From: Patescibacteria group bacterium
GTDB taxonomy: Bacteria > Patescibacteriota > Microgenomatia > 2-02-FULL-39-11
DNA: 64,000 nt
Reading direction: 5' to 3'
NCBI GenBank assembly: GCA_023379265.1
Contig: JAMCUI010000004.1
Span: forward strand, 73,273 to 137,272
A model generated the notes under the pieces. That model saw only the letters and a program-made list of their open reading frames with translations. It had not been told where the DNA came from and made no database searches. This document shows, piece after piece, positions 17,708 through 26,716 of the stretch. The position numbers and the translations under genes were made by a program. How positions within the stretch are numbered: position 1 is the first letter of the stretch; the number at the start of each line of letters is the position of its first letter.

Positions 17708-20314
17708 TCATCTATAATTCTTTATGATCCTGTTTGCCCTGCCAAAAAGCCTATTCATCGCTTCTTCTTCCGAAATCATCCTCTCTTTGGCATATCTCTC
17801 CAAATTCCATCTGTCAACGGTGACGAAAAATGGCCCACCCTGTACTATTTGTCCTTCAAGAGCAGGAATAAATACTATTTCCTGGAGGACATATTCTGTC
17901 TTTAACTTTAGCTGATTCAAAAATTCGCCAAATATTATGATTGACTCGGCCGAATTTGCGGATTGTGCCTCCGCTACCCATTCGTTTCCTTTCGGCAACA
18001 CTTCCCAACAGTTTTCCTTTACCCAATCTATGAGTCGATTAAGTCTGTTTTCTACCTCTCCCACACCTCTCCATTCATTGTAAACATTATCGGAAATAAA
18101 TTTACCGTCGTGAGAAAATGGTAGTTGGGTCATACCGATACCAAGTAAAAACTCATTATTCAGAACTCTGTTCACCAGGTGTCTATGGTAAACCAGTAAG
18201 CTCTGATAGAATTTGTCAATTTGAGGATTGGAACTGTAATAATAATTCTTGGTTCTGTGCCGCTTTGCATCGGCAAGTCCTGTCATGATTTTGATTCCTC
18301 TTTTTATCGCTTTACGGCGGATTTTTTCCTTATCTTCATTTCTATACTGACTCTCCATTATCTGCATCATTTCCGTTTTAACCCTGTTCCTTGCGGCTTT
18401 TGTTGCCAACCTGTCAAATACTTCCGGATCCAAAACTAAACTGCTATCACCATAAACTCTTTCATGCAGCTCAATGACATCACCAGGCTGCAACACCATA
18501 TCCTCCACAATCCTTCCGTTTCTCAATACCACAGGACGGGACAGAAAACGCCCTGACATAACCAGTGCATCTTCGGCAGTTGCACCTTCAGCCAAGTACA
18601 AGTTACTCGGAACGGAATATCCACTCGAACCCACTATGGATACTTTCATCACTTTTCCGGTTTGGAGCTGATCCAAAAAGTCTGAGTAGTCGCCTGACGA
18701 AAGATGTGTTTTAATAGCAGAATATCTTTCTTGAGCATTTTGTCTTTGCCACTCAGGTGTCCCCCTACGGAAAATATCAACTATATCGCCTGAACTGTCA
18801 TAGATAAATGTTGCTAAACTTTTATTATGTCCCCGTACCCTAAGCCTGAAATCGGTCTTTTTTACTCTCTCACCTACTAAGCTCGTCACTTTCCCAGTAC
18901 TGATATTCTGTTCACTTAATGCACCTCTCTCTTCAAGAAATTTTATGAAAGCACGATGAAGATTCCTGTCTCTTATAAAGATATCAACAAATGGTGCAAG
19001 CTGGATTCCCCTATCCATCCTGAATCGGTTTAACTCTGATGCATTAGGATAACGCAAAGCAAATCTCACCGCTGTATTTTCGTCTTTCGTTAACCTTATG
19101 TCCGGCGAAGTTCCTCTTAAAGATGCGAAAAATTCAGCCCTAAACTGCGTCAACTTTTCGGAAATATCCCCTTCCATCCCAACACTGAATTTCTCACGAG
19201 AGAGAAATCTTTTGAATTTACCACTTGCTTTATCCAACACTAGAAACGCAGGATCCTCAATTTGAAGTGCCATCTCATCAAGCCCTAATATCCTTGCAAT
19301 AGGTGCATAAACGTTGCGGGCAAGAAGAGCTTTTTCTTCAGCGCGCTTTTGTCCTCTTCCTGCCACAAGACCGCCAATTGTAGTCATGTTGTCTGCTACA
19401 TCTGCACACTTTACAATTAATGCTCTCACTTCAGACTCTTTTTCAAGTACCGATAGCAATCTCATGAATGTTAGTATCTGCGCTTCTTCCTCCCCGGTAA
19501 CATATTTATTCAGCGCTTCTGATAAAGTGATCACATCACTGCTTTCAAACTTCTCCGCGATATATGGTAACTTCTCAAATTCACTAACTGAAGATGATTT
19601 ATAGTGAGACGAAGTGCCTAGTTCCTTATCCAGTAAAGCAATAAGTTTTTCTATCTCCTCATCCAGACGGAATTGTCTTAAAAAGTCGGTTGCCACGCCG
19701 ACTTCAGTAAGTGACAGATCCTTGGACATTTCCTCTATGCTGTCAGTACTTATTTTGCTAGTTTTTCTACAAGCATTGGCAATATGAATTCCGAATATTT
19801 CCTTTAAGTCTTCATACGTGTATCTTGTATTTTCGATAATGTCATGCAGAAAAGCCACTTGTATAGTCGTTGTGTCAAAACCCACAAGTCTCTCTGCAAC
19901 CCTGGCAAGGTGCATTGCGTAGGGTTGGTGTTTACCGCTGCCATCCGTCTTCAACTCATGTCTGAATCTTTTAGATTCAAACCGCGTATCGGCGCCATGT
20001 GCCCAGATGGCAAAATAGGCTGCAGTACGAATATCCTTTTTTTCTTGAATTGATAACTTTCTAATGGAGGAAGCTTTATCCACTATCTCATTAACCTTTG
20101 TAAGTACATCCTTATCCTCAAGTGCCGAAAGATCTCCTGTGGGTGTAAATGGACTGTCAGGATAATGCTTTTTTGTGGCTTCCAAAAAGGAGACAAAATT
20201 CACAGAATCAAACTGAGACCCCATCAGGTCCAAAAAATCATGATGAGGCCGGTTTAATTCTAGGTCAATTGTCCTTTGAGCACGCCTTGCTTCGCGTTCA
20301 TAACTTTTAGCCAT
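17708..20314 (-). CDS. Divergent RelA/SpoT-family HD-domain protein with TGS-like region
   Basis: PYAMHL, LHDIIENT, VKCADVADNM, YAPIARILGL, GATAEDA..LQPGDVIE; synthetase motifs not evident. Confidence 0.75.
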   Translation of the reverse strand: MAKSYEREARRAQRTIDLELNRPHHDFLDLMGSQFDSVNFVSFLEATKKHYPDSPFTPTGDLSALEDKDVLTKVNEIVDKASSIRKLSIQEKKDIRTAAYFAIWAHGADTRFESKRFRHELKTDGSGKHQPYAMHLARVAERLVGFDTTTIQVAFLHDIIENTRYTYEDLKEIFGIHIANACRKTSKISTDSIEEMSKDLSLTEVGVATDFLRQFRLDEEIEKLIALLDKELGTSSHYKSSSVSEFEKLPYIAEKFESSDVITLSEALNKYVTGEEEAQILTFMRLLSVLEKESEVRALIVKCADVADNMTTIGGLVAGRGQKRAEEKALLARNVYAPIARILGLDEMALQIEDPAFLVLDKASGKFKRFLSREKFSVGMEGDISEKLTQFRAEFFASLRGTSPDIRLTKDENTAVRFALRYPNASELNRFRMDRGIQLAPFVDIFIRDRNLHRAFIKFLEERGALSEQNISTGKVTSLVGERVKKTDFRLRVRGHNKSLATFIYDSSGDIVDIFRRGTPEWQRQNAQERYSAIKTHLSSGDYSDFLDQLQTGKVMKVSIVGSSGYSVPSNLYLAEGATAEDALVMSGRFLSRPVVLRNGRIVEDMVLQPGDVIELHERVYGDSSLVLDPEVFDRLATKAARNRVKTEMMQIMESQYRNEDKEKIRRKAIKRGIKIMTGLADAKRHRTKNYYYSSNPQIDKFYQSLLVYHRHLVNRVLNNEFLLGIGMTQLPFSHDGKFISDNVYNEWRGVGEVENRLNRLIDWVKENCWEVLPKGNEWVAEAQSANSAESIIIFGEFLNQLKLKTEYVLQEIVFIPALEGQIVQGGPFFVTVDRWNLERYAKERMISEEEAMNRLFGRANRIIKNYR

Positions 20315-20384
20315 AAAAACCTATAGATTATAACTAGAAGGTTATTTGAGGTCAAATCTTTAACCTGGGGTGAATAAATGAGGA

Positions 20385-21839
20385 TTAATAAGCCTGGGCA
20401 AACAGCCAGCGGTACTGTGCGGGTTTTGCACAATATATGCAATTGCCATTTTCTTTTTTGGCATTTAGAGGAAGAACTCTAGTGGTAGCTTTTGTCTCAT
20501 CTTTTATTCTTTTCTCACACTCTTTATTCTGGCACCAGAAAGCCCTGATAAAACCCTTTTTACCTGACATTATTCCCTTGAATTCTTCAAAAGTGGAAAC
20601 GTCGTGCGTATTTTCATCCCTGAACTTTTTCATCTTTTCAAACAGATTCTTCTGTATATCCGTCAATAAGTTTACAATTTCGGATTTGACATTTGCCTGC
20701 CCGCCGGAGAGGCGGGACATTTGAATTTTGAGTTTTGAGTTTATATCTCTCCGGCAAACAGTCAATTCTCCCGCTTCAATCTCTTTGACACCAACTTCAA
20801 TTCTAACCGGTACTCCTTTTAACTCCCATTCGTTGAATTTCCAGCCGACTGTCTTTTCTTCCCTGTCATCCAGAAAAATTTTTATTCCCGCGCCTCTTAA
20901 CTCTTTTTCCAGGCTTCGGCAATACTTCAATACTTTTTCTTCTGATTTTATGGGGACAATAACCACTTGAATAGGCGCAATGGCAGGCGGCAATACCAAT
21001 CCCTGATCGTCCCCGTGAGACATAATAAGAGCCCCGATTACTCTTGTTGTTTCGGCCCAGCTCGTCTGCCAGACATATTGCTGTTTGCCGTTTTTATCCA
21101 AATATTTGATATTGAAAGCTTTGGCAAAATTGTCACCCAGATGATGGGAGGTACCCATCTGTATCGCCCTTCCGTCTGGCATGAGGGACTCCAGTGAATA
21201 AGTAATGGCAGCACCCGGAAATTTCTCACTTTCCGACTTTCTACCGACAATTACCGGTATGGCCAACACTTCCTCATCAAACTTCTCGTAAATTGATAGG
21301 ATTTTCCGGGCAAAATTGTCGGCATCCTCAAAAGTCGCGTGGGCCGTGTGCCCCTCCTGCCATAAAAACTCAGTAGTGCGCAAAAAAAGATAAGTCCTTT
21401 TTTCCCAACGCACCACATTGTTCCAAAGGTTTAAAAGTAAAGGCAAATCCCGCCAACTCTGAATCCAACGGGAGTAAGTATCGTACATTATCGTCTCTGA
21501 GGTTGGCCGCACGACAAGCGGCTCAGACAGTTTTTCTCCACCTCCAACCGTCACGACAGCCAGTTGAGGCGAAAAACCTTCCACGTGCTCCTTCTCGCGC
21601 TTCAGAAACCCGTTGGGTATAAAAAGCGGAAAGTATGCATTTTTTACTCCCAACTCCTTGAATTTCCCGTCAAGATACGACTGTATAAACTCCCAAAGTT
21701 CGTACCCGTAGGGTCGAATTATCATACAGCCCTTTACTGGCGAATAATCTGCCAATTCCCCGCGCAGGATAACATCCGTATACCAGCGGTCCGGATCAAC
21801 CGATTTTTTGATTATCTGTTTTTTTTCAAATTTAGACAT
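20385..21839 (-). CDS. proS: Proline--tRNA ligase, archaeal/eukaryote-type (start moved to MSKFEKK)
   Basis: RPTSET, FLRTTEFLWQEGHT, GTSHHLGDNF, C-terminal FAQAY. Confidence 0.97.
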   Translation of the reverse strand: MSKFEKKQIIKKSVDPDRWYTDVILRGELADYSPVKGCMIIRPYGYELWEFIQSYLDGKFKELGVKNAYFPLFIPNGFLKREKEHVEGFSPQLAVVTVGGGEKLSEPLVVRPTSETIMYDTYSRWIQSWRDLPLLLNLWNNVVRWEKRTYLFLRTTEFLWQEGHTAHATFEDADNFARKILSIYEKFDEEVLAIPVIVGRKSESEKFPGAAITYSLESLMPDGRAIQMGTSHHLGDNFAKAFNIKYLDKNGKQQYVWQTSWAETTRVIGALIMSHGDDQGLVLPPAIAPIQVVIVPIKSEEKVLKYCRSLEKELRGAGIKIFLDDREEKTVGWKFNEWELKGVPVRIEVGVKEIEAGELTVCRRDINSKLKIQMSRLSGGQANVKSEIVNLLTDIQKNLFEKMKKFRDENTHDVSTFEEFKGIMSGKKGFIRAFWCQNKECEKRIKDETKATTRVLPLNAKKENGNCIYCAKPAQYRWLFAQAY

Positions 21840-21852
21840 ATATCCGGATTTA

Positions 21853-22188
21853 CTAGTAAAGTTTTCCACCTATAATTGCTTCTTCATTATCAGGAACGAC
21901 TAATACACACTCATGATTCTCATCCGGCACCCCAAGCGTCAAGACTTCCGACATGAAAGGCCCGATTTGTCTTGGCGGGAAATTTACCACTCCCAAAACT
22001 TTCTTGCCCTTCAAATCTTCTTTTTTATAATACTTTACCAGCTGGGCGCTTGATCTCTTTACGCCAATTTCCGCTCCAAAATCTATGGTCAATTTGTATG
22101 ATGGTTTTCAAGCCTGTGGAAAATCCTCCACATCGATAATTTTCCCGACCCTTATATCCAGTTTCGCAAAATCATCATAAGTCGCCAT
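21853..22188 (-). pseudogene. csaA: CsaA tRNA-binding/secretion chaperone with in-frame TGA at codon 27
   Basis: MATYDDFAKLDIRVGKIIDVEDFPQA*KPSYKLTIDFG..SSAQL..VVNFPPRQIGPFMSEVLTLG; TGA at 22108-22110 where homologues usually have Arg. Confidence 0.8.
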
Positions 22189-22230
22189 AAGAAACTCCTT
22201 TAGGATAACATTACTTCATTTATAAAACAA

Positions 22231-23070
22231 TTAACGCTGATCCTTCTCCAGCTCTTTTGTTACTTTTCCCATTTTAGCAAGGCCAAGATCAATGCTTGAT
22301 TTCAGAATTTTACGGAAGTTTTTCTTCTCCAGATTATTAATTATCTCTTCGGTAATTCCACCTTTTGTAGCGACTGCCGTCACTAATTCCTGGGGAGACT
22401 GGTTTGTTTGTTTCAATTGATAAAGGGTTCCCCAAAAAGTTTCCATTGCGATTTTCCCCGGCATTTCAGTACCAAAACCATAAGACTTGGCGACATCTTT
22501 TACCGCGTCGATAAAATACGCCACATATCCTGTTCCGCAACCCGTTATTACATTCAACCTGTTCATTTCTTCTTCATTTTTACATTTGACGACTATACCC
22601 AAAGGCGAAAAAATAGACCCGACAATTTCATTATCTTTTTTATTCAGTTGGCCGTTATCCGTATAAGCCACAACACCTTTACCAAACGCGATCGGTATGT
22701 TTGGTAAAACCCTGACAATTTTCCACATTTTGCCCAAAAAATACCTGTTGAGAAGTCCAAATGTTACTCCGGCCGCAACAGATATAATTATGGCATTTCT
22801 CCCCAGATCGCCTTTAATCTCCTTGGCAACTTGATTTACTACATTGGGGCGGACGCAAATAAAAATAATGTCTGCTGATTTTGCCGCCTGGCGATTATCA
22901 CTTGTAACCCTGACGCCATACTTTTTCCCTAAATCCGAAAACTTCTCAGGATGTGGACCTGAGAGTGTGATGGCTTTCGGATCAACTTTTCCTCCCCGGC
23001 AGAGACCCGCAACAAACGCATGTGCTATATGCCCTGCCCCGATTATGGCGATTTTCTTTTTGTTTAACAT
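22231..23070 (-). CDS. proC: Pyrroline-5-carboxylate reductase
   Basis: IIGAGHIA, ISVAAGV, RVLPNIP, VATKGGIT. Confidence 0.93.
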   Translation of the reverse strand: MLNKKKIAIIGAGHIAHAFVAGLCRGGKVDPKAITLSGPHPEKFSDLGKKYGVRVTSDNRQAAKSADIIFICVRPNVVNQVAKEIKGDLGRNAIIISVAAGVTFGLLNRYFLGKMWKIVRVLPNIPIAFGKGVVAYTDNGQLNKKDNEIVGSIFSPLGIVVKCKNEEEMNRLNVITGCGTGYVAYFIDAVKDVAKSYGFGTEMPGKIAMETFWGTLYQLKQTNQSPQELVTAVATKGGITEEIINNLEKKNFRKILKSSIDLGLAKMGKVTKELEKDQR

Positions 23071-23071
23071 T

Positions 23072-24310
23072 CTACTCTCTCACCTGGCCACTGCCAGACG
23101 CAATCCATTTATAAGTAGTCAATTCATTAAGTCCAACTGGTCCCCTTGCGTGCAGTTTTCCTGTAGCAATACCCATCTCAGTCCCCATACCAAAAATTCC
23201 CCCATCATGAAGACGCGTCGAACAGTTGACAAAAATTGCCGCACAATCAACAGACTTACTAAAAAAGTTTACTACGTTTTGGTCACCCGCAATAATCCCT
23301 TCTGTATGACGTTTGGTATATTTACTCACAAATCTTACGGCTTCTTCAATACCCTCTACTACTTTTATGCCTATTTCCAGATCCAAAAATTCCCTGCCCC
23401 ATGTGTCTTTATCCGCTCTTTTGGCACCGGCAAAATCACAGACGGCTTCATCCCCGAAAACTTCGACTCCAATAGAACTTAATCCTTTTACTATAGAGGG
23501 TACAAACTGCTTTGCGATTTTTTCATCAACCAAAACTGTATCGACCGAATTGCATGCTGCCGGTTTACTTATCTTGGCGTTTAAGATAATTTTCTCACCC
23601 ATTTTCAAGTCAGCAGTTCTGTCCACATAAATTCTGGCTCCACCCGCGGAATGTGCAAGGACCGGGATTTTAGATTTTTCCTGTATATCTTTCACCATCT
23701 TATAGCCACCGCGGGCAACAACAAGATCAATATAGTTTGTTTTCCTCAATAAACTGTAAACATTCTTTCTCTTAATTTCCGGTAAGAACGAGATAGTCTC
23801 AACGGGATATCCTGTTTCGCCCAGTGATTCAAAAATGCATTTATACAAAGCTGAATTAGTATGCAGCGCTTCACTTCCGCCCTTCAGGATAGCACAATTA
23901 CCTGACTTTATACAAAGAGCTGCCACGTCAACTGTCACCTCGGGCCTGGCTTCATAGATGACAAAAATCACTCCTATCGGCACCCTGACTTTTTGCAGTA
24001 AGACGCCGTTTTCCAGTTTTCTTTTTTCCATCACTTCTCCCAACCCGTTTTTAAGCTTCATTGTCCTATTTATTGACTCAATTACTCCATCCACGCCATG
24101 ATTGCCCACTTTCAATCTCTGTGTAAAAGCCCGTGACAGATTTTTCTCCTTTGCTCTCCTAACATCCAAAACATTTGCCTCTATAATTTTCTTCCTTGAA
24201 GAATGAATTTTTGCCGCGAGAATATTCAAAAAATTATCCGCTTCTTTTTCTCCTTTTTGGGATAAACATGATGCTTCCCTGATTTTTTTCAGTTTAGAAT
24301 CTTCAATCAT
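23072..24310 (-). CDS. proA: Gamma-glutamyl phosphate reductase
   Basis: IYEARPEVT, KPAACNSVD, NCSTRLHDG, KLHARGPVGL. Confidence 0.96.
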   Translation of the reverse strand: MIEDSKLKKIREASCLSQKGEKEADNFLNILAAKIHSSRKKIIEANVLDVRRAKEKNLSRAFTQRLKVGNHGVDGVIESINRTMKLKNGLGEVMEKRKLENGVLLQKVRVPIGVIFVIYEARPEVTVDVAALCIKSGNCAILKGGSEALHTNSALYKCIFESLGETGYPVETISFLPEIKRKNVYSLLRKTNYIDLVVARGGYKMVKDIQEKSKIPVLAHSAGGARIYVDRTADLKMGEKIILNAKISKPAACNSVDTVLVDEKIAKQFVPSIVKGLSSIGVEVFGDEAVCDFAGAKRADKDTWGREFLDLEIGIKVVEGIEEAVRFVSKYTKRHTEGIIAGDQNVVNFFSKSVDCAAIFVNCSTRLHDGGIFGMGTEMGIATGKLHARGPVGLNELTTYKWIASGSGQVRE

Positions 24311-24332
24311 ATTTTATCTATAAAATTTCTGC

Positions 24333-25013
24333 TTAAGACAGAATACTCCTTAGGATAATATTTTTCTCTCTGCCGTCTAATATGCACGTTTTAATTCCGC
24401 GCTCAATCAGGCTGTTTTTTACTGTTTCTTTTGCTTCTCCTCCTCCCACTCCAAACAATGAACCTTCCCATGAAGAAAGGATCAAAAGCCTGCTTTTGCC
24501 AAAAAGTTTTGCAATCTCTCCGGCCAGAAAATCGTTGCCCCCAAAACTGTTCAAGTCTAAAACATCATTTTCGTTTAATACCGGAACCACCCCGTTTTGC
24601 ATATATAGTCTTAATACTTTCCTTATATTCCCGCGCATAGCCGCATACTTAAAATCATATTTTGTCATCAATATCTGGGCAATCCTTACACCTCTCCTGC
24701 GCGCTAACTTGGCTAGAATCTGCATCATTTCCACCTGTCCGACTCCTGCGGCCGCCTGTTTACTCATCTTATCACTCTGTCCGACTCCTGCGGCCGCCTG
24801 TTTACTCATCTTATCACTCTCAACCTGCTTCTGAAAAAAGACTCTCATCCCGCAACCTACCGCTCCGGACAATACCAAAATTGGCGCAAACCCTTCTTGC
24901 CTCAGCTTGACCAGTTGGTCAACTATATGACTCAACCGTCTCCCGCAGAGCTTCCCTTTACCCTCAATAATTACCGAACTGCCGATTTTTACCACAATTA
25001 TTTTTCTTTCCAT
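24333..25013 (-). CDS. proB: Glutamate 5-kinase, short (no PUA domain), with 14-aa internal duplication
   Basis: IVVKIGSSV, SGAV, KQAAAGVGQ, PVLNEND, NDFLA. Confidence 0.88.
   Translation of the reverse strand: MERKIIVVKIGSSVIIEGKGKLCGRRLSHIVDQLVKLRQEGFAPILVLSGAVGCGMRVFFQKQVESDKMSKQAAAGVGQSDKMSKQAAAGVGQVEMMQILAKLARRRGVRIAQILMTKYDFKYAAMRGNIRKVLRLYMQNGVVPVLNENDVLDLNSFGGNDFLAGEIAKLFGKSRLLILSSWEGSLFGVGGGEAKETVKNSLIERGIKTCILDGREKNIILRSILS
24735..24820. repeat. In-frame 42-bp tandem duplication in proB (SDKMSKQAAAGVGQ x2)
   Basis: Identical units 24735-24776 and 24777-24818. Confidence 0.93.
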
Positions 25014-25335
25014 AAAAAAAGCCCTCTCCACCGATATAAATCGGTCTCAAGGACTCTTCGCAAACCAGAGTAAACTTAAAATTTCCGTTTACCCTGAGCT
25101 CTTTTAAAAAGAGCGAAGGGTGGTACCACCTTGTTTCACTTTACAAAAAAGCACACTACCAGTTAGTGTGCGTCTTTTTATAAAACCTCATTTAGTGCTC
25201 CTTCCCGCTCTAGCGGGATGACACACCTGCTTTTATTTTTACGGTCAAGCTTCCGTATTGCTCCTATCCTGAGTATTACCGGAGGATTTCGCAATCAGCT
25301 CTTCCGGCGGGAAACCGGAATAACAGCGCTTTTAT
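25014..25335 (-). ncRNA. T-box riboswitch (probably Pro-specific) with terminator
   Basis: T-box AACAAGGTGGTACCACCC (25118-25135), complementary GTCCTTG, GC hairpin plus T run before proB, GAAAT-CCT candidate specifier (25283-25285). Confidence 0.8.
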
Positions 25336-25346
25336 TTAATTAACTT

Positions 25347-25375
25347 ATTATATTATCAACCCAAATCAATGTCAA
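25347..25375 (-). promoter_or_regulatory. Perfect-consensus sigma70 promoter of the T-box/proBAC operon
   Basis: TTGACA-17 nt-TATAAT. Confidence 0.85.
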
Positions 25376-25402
25376 TAAGTAACAAATAACATTACTTTTA
25401 AA

Positions 25403-25458
25403 ATAACGCACTTACAAAACCTTCCACCCTTGCGATTAAGAATATTTTCACTGCAAGC
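25403..25458. repeat. Dispersed ~55-bp intergenic motif, copy 2 of 3
   Basis: Matches 15991-16045 and 26631-26686. Confidence 0.75.
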
Positions 25459-25475
25459 AGCTTCTGGCTAAAGCT

Positions 25476-26564
25476 TTATTTCGCAAAAATCCTGACGAGG
25501 TCGTTTATGGTCACCAAAACCATCAGCAGCAAAAGTATAACCATCCCTACCTGGTGGATATAACGCTCCCAGTTGGTCTTGATCTTTTTACCCGTTACCG
25601 CCTCAACGACCACAAAAAGCAGTCTTCCTCCATCAAGCGCTGGAAATGGCAAAATATTTACTATAGCCAAATTAAGAGAAAGAAGCCCGAGAAGTTCCAA
25701 AACAGCACTTTCCCCTGTCTTTACGGCCTGACCGGTCATCTGGGCAATACCTATTGGACCGGCCACATCCTTTGAAACCGGCTGGAAAGAAATAAGTTTC
25801 CAGATGGTCGTCCCTATTCCTTTTAGGAGTTCTCCGGTCAAGGCTATCGACTCTTTTGTACCCAGAACCGGCGCCTGCCACAGTGGATATTTTTTCTCCT
25901 CATAATTTGAGATTACAATTCCCATAGGCCCCTGGTCTTTGGGATAAACTTTTCTGGGAATAATAAATAATTGCAGTGTACTTGCTCCGCGAAGTACCGT
26001 CAAATCAATCTTTTCACCGGCATGATCTCTTGTAAATTTGATAAGGTCGTCACTGGATTTTAGAGCCATTCCGTTATTGCCCCAACTCACACTTTTTATG
26101 ACATCATTTTTCTGCAAACCGGCCTGTGCGGCAGGAGAATTTGACATGACATTTTCTATATGTATCCGGTTTGTCGGAACCATCACTCCCTGTGTAAAAA
26201 GGTAGGAAATTACAACTATTGCCAAAACAAAATTCATCGCTACTCCGGCAACAAGTACTATCGCCCTTTGCCAAACCGGCCGGGTATAAAAAGCCCTTTT
26301 TTGTACCTCACTGCTTTTTGGATTTTTCCCGGCTATATCTGTATCCCCTTCCTCGCCAAACAGTTTGACAAAGCCGCCGATGGGCAACCAGTTGATAGAA
26401 TAGATTGTCTCACCCCTTTTAATTCCGAACATTCTAGGCGGCAACCCGAAACCGAATTCCTCTACCTTTATACCCATTTTTTTGGCCGCGGTGAAATGGC
26501 CAAACTCATGAACAAGAACCAGTACAGAAAGTATGAGAAGAAAAACTATCACTGTCACCAACAT
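25476..26564 (-). CDS. rseP: RIP (M50) metalloprotease with PDZ domain
   Basis: HEFGH, PIGGFV, AGVAMN, NILPFPALDGG. Confidence 0.95.
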   Translation of the reverse strand: MLVTVIVFLLILSVLVLVHEFGHFTAAKKMGIKVEEFGFGLPPRMFGIKRGETIYSINWLPIGGFVKLFGEEGDTDIAGKNPKSSEVQKRAFYTRPVWQRAIVLVAGVAMNFVLAIVVISYLFTQGVMVPTNRIHIENVMSNSPAAQAGLQKNDVIKSVSWGNNGMALKSSDDLIKFTRDHAGEKIDLTVLRGASTLQLFIIPRKVYPKDQGPMGIVISNYEEKKYPLWQAPVLGTKESIALTGELLKGIGTTIWKLISFQPVSKDVAGPIGIAQMTGQAVKTGESAVLELLGLLSLNLAIVNILPFPALDGGRLLFVVVEAVTGKKIKTNWERYIHQVGMVILLLLMVLVTINDLVRIFAK

Positions 26565-26630
26565 AAACTTTATTGTAGATTACCCAACTTTGTAATTCAA
26601 CAGTAAAAAGGACTATAATAATACAAACTG

Positions 26631-26686
26631 ATAACGCACTCACAAAATCTCCCATCCTTGCGAGAAAGAAAATTTTTACTGTAAAC
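26631..26686. repeat. Dispersed ~55-bp intergenic motif, copy 3 of 3
   Basis: Matches 15991-16045 and 25403-25458. Confidence 0.75.
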
Positions 26687-26716
26687 ATTTGGTCTTATTT
26701 TTTAATTATTTACAAC

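Noticed and set aside
22108-22110. UGA recoding (genetic code 25) or selenocysteine
   Set aside because: TGA ends several conserved genes at the expected positions, and this site corresponds to Arg, not Gly or Cys.
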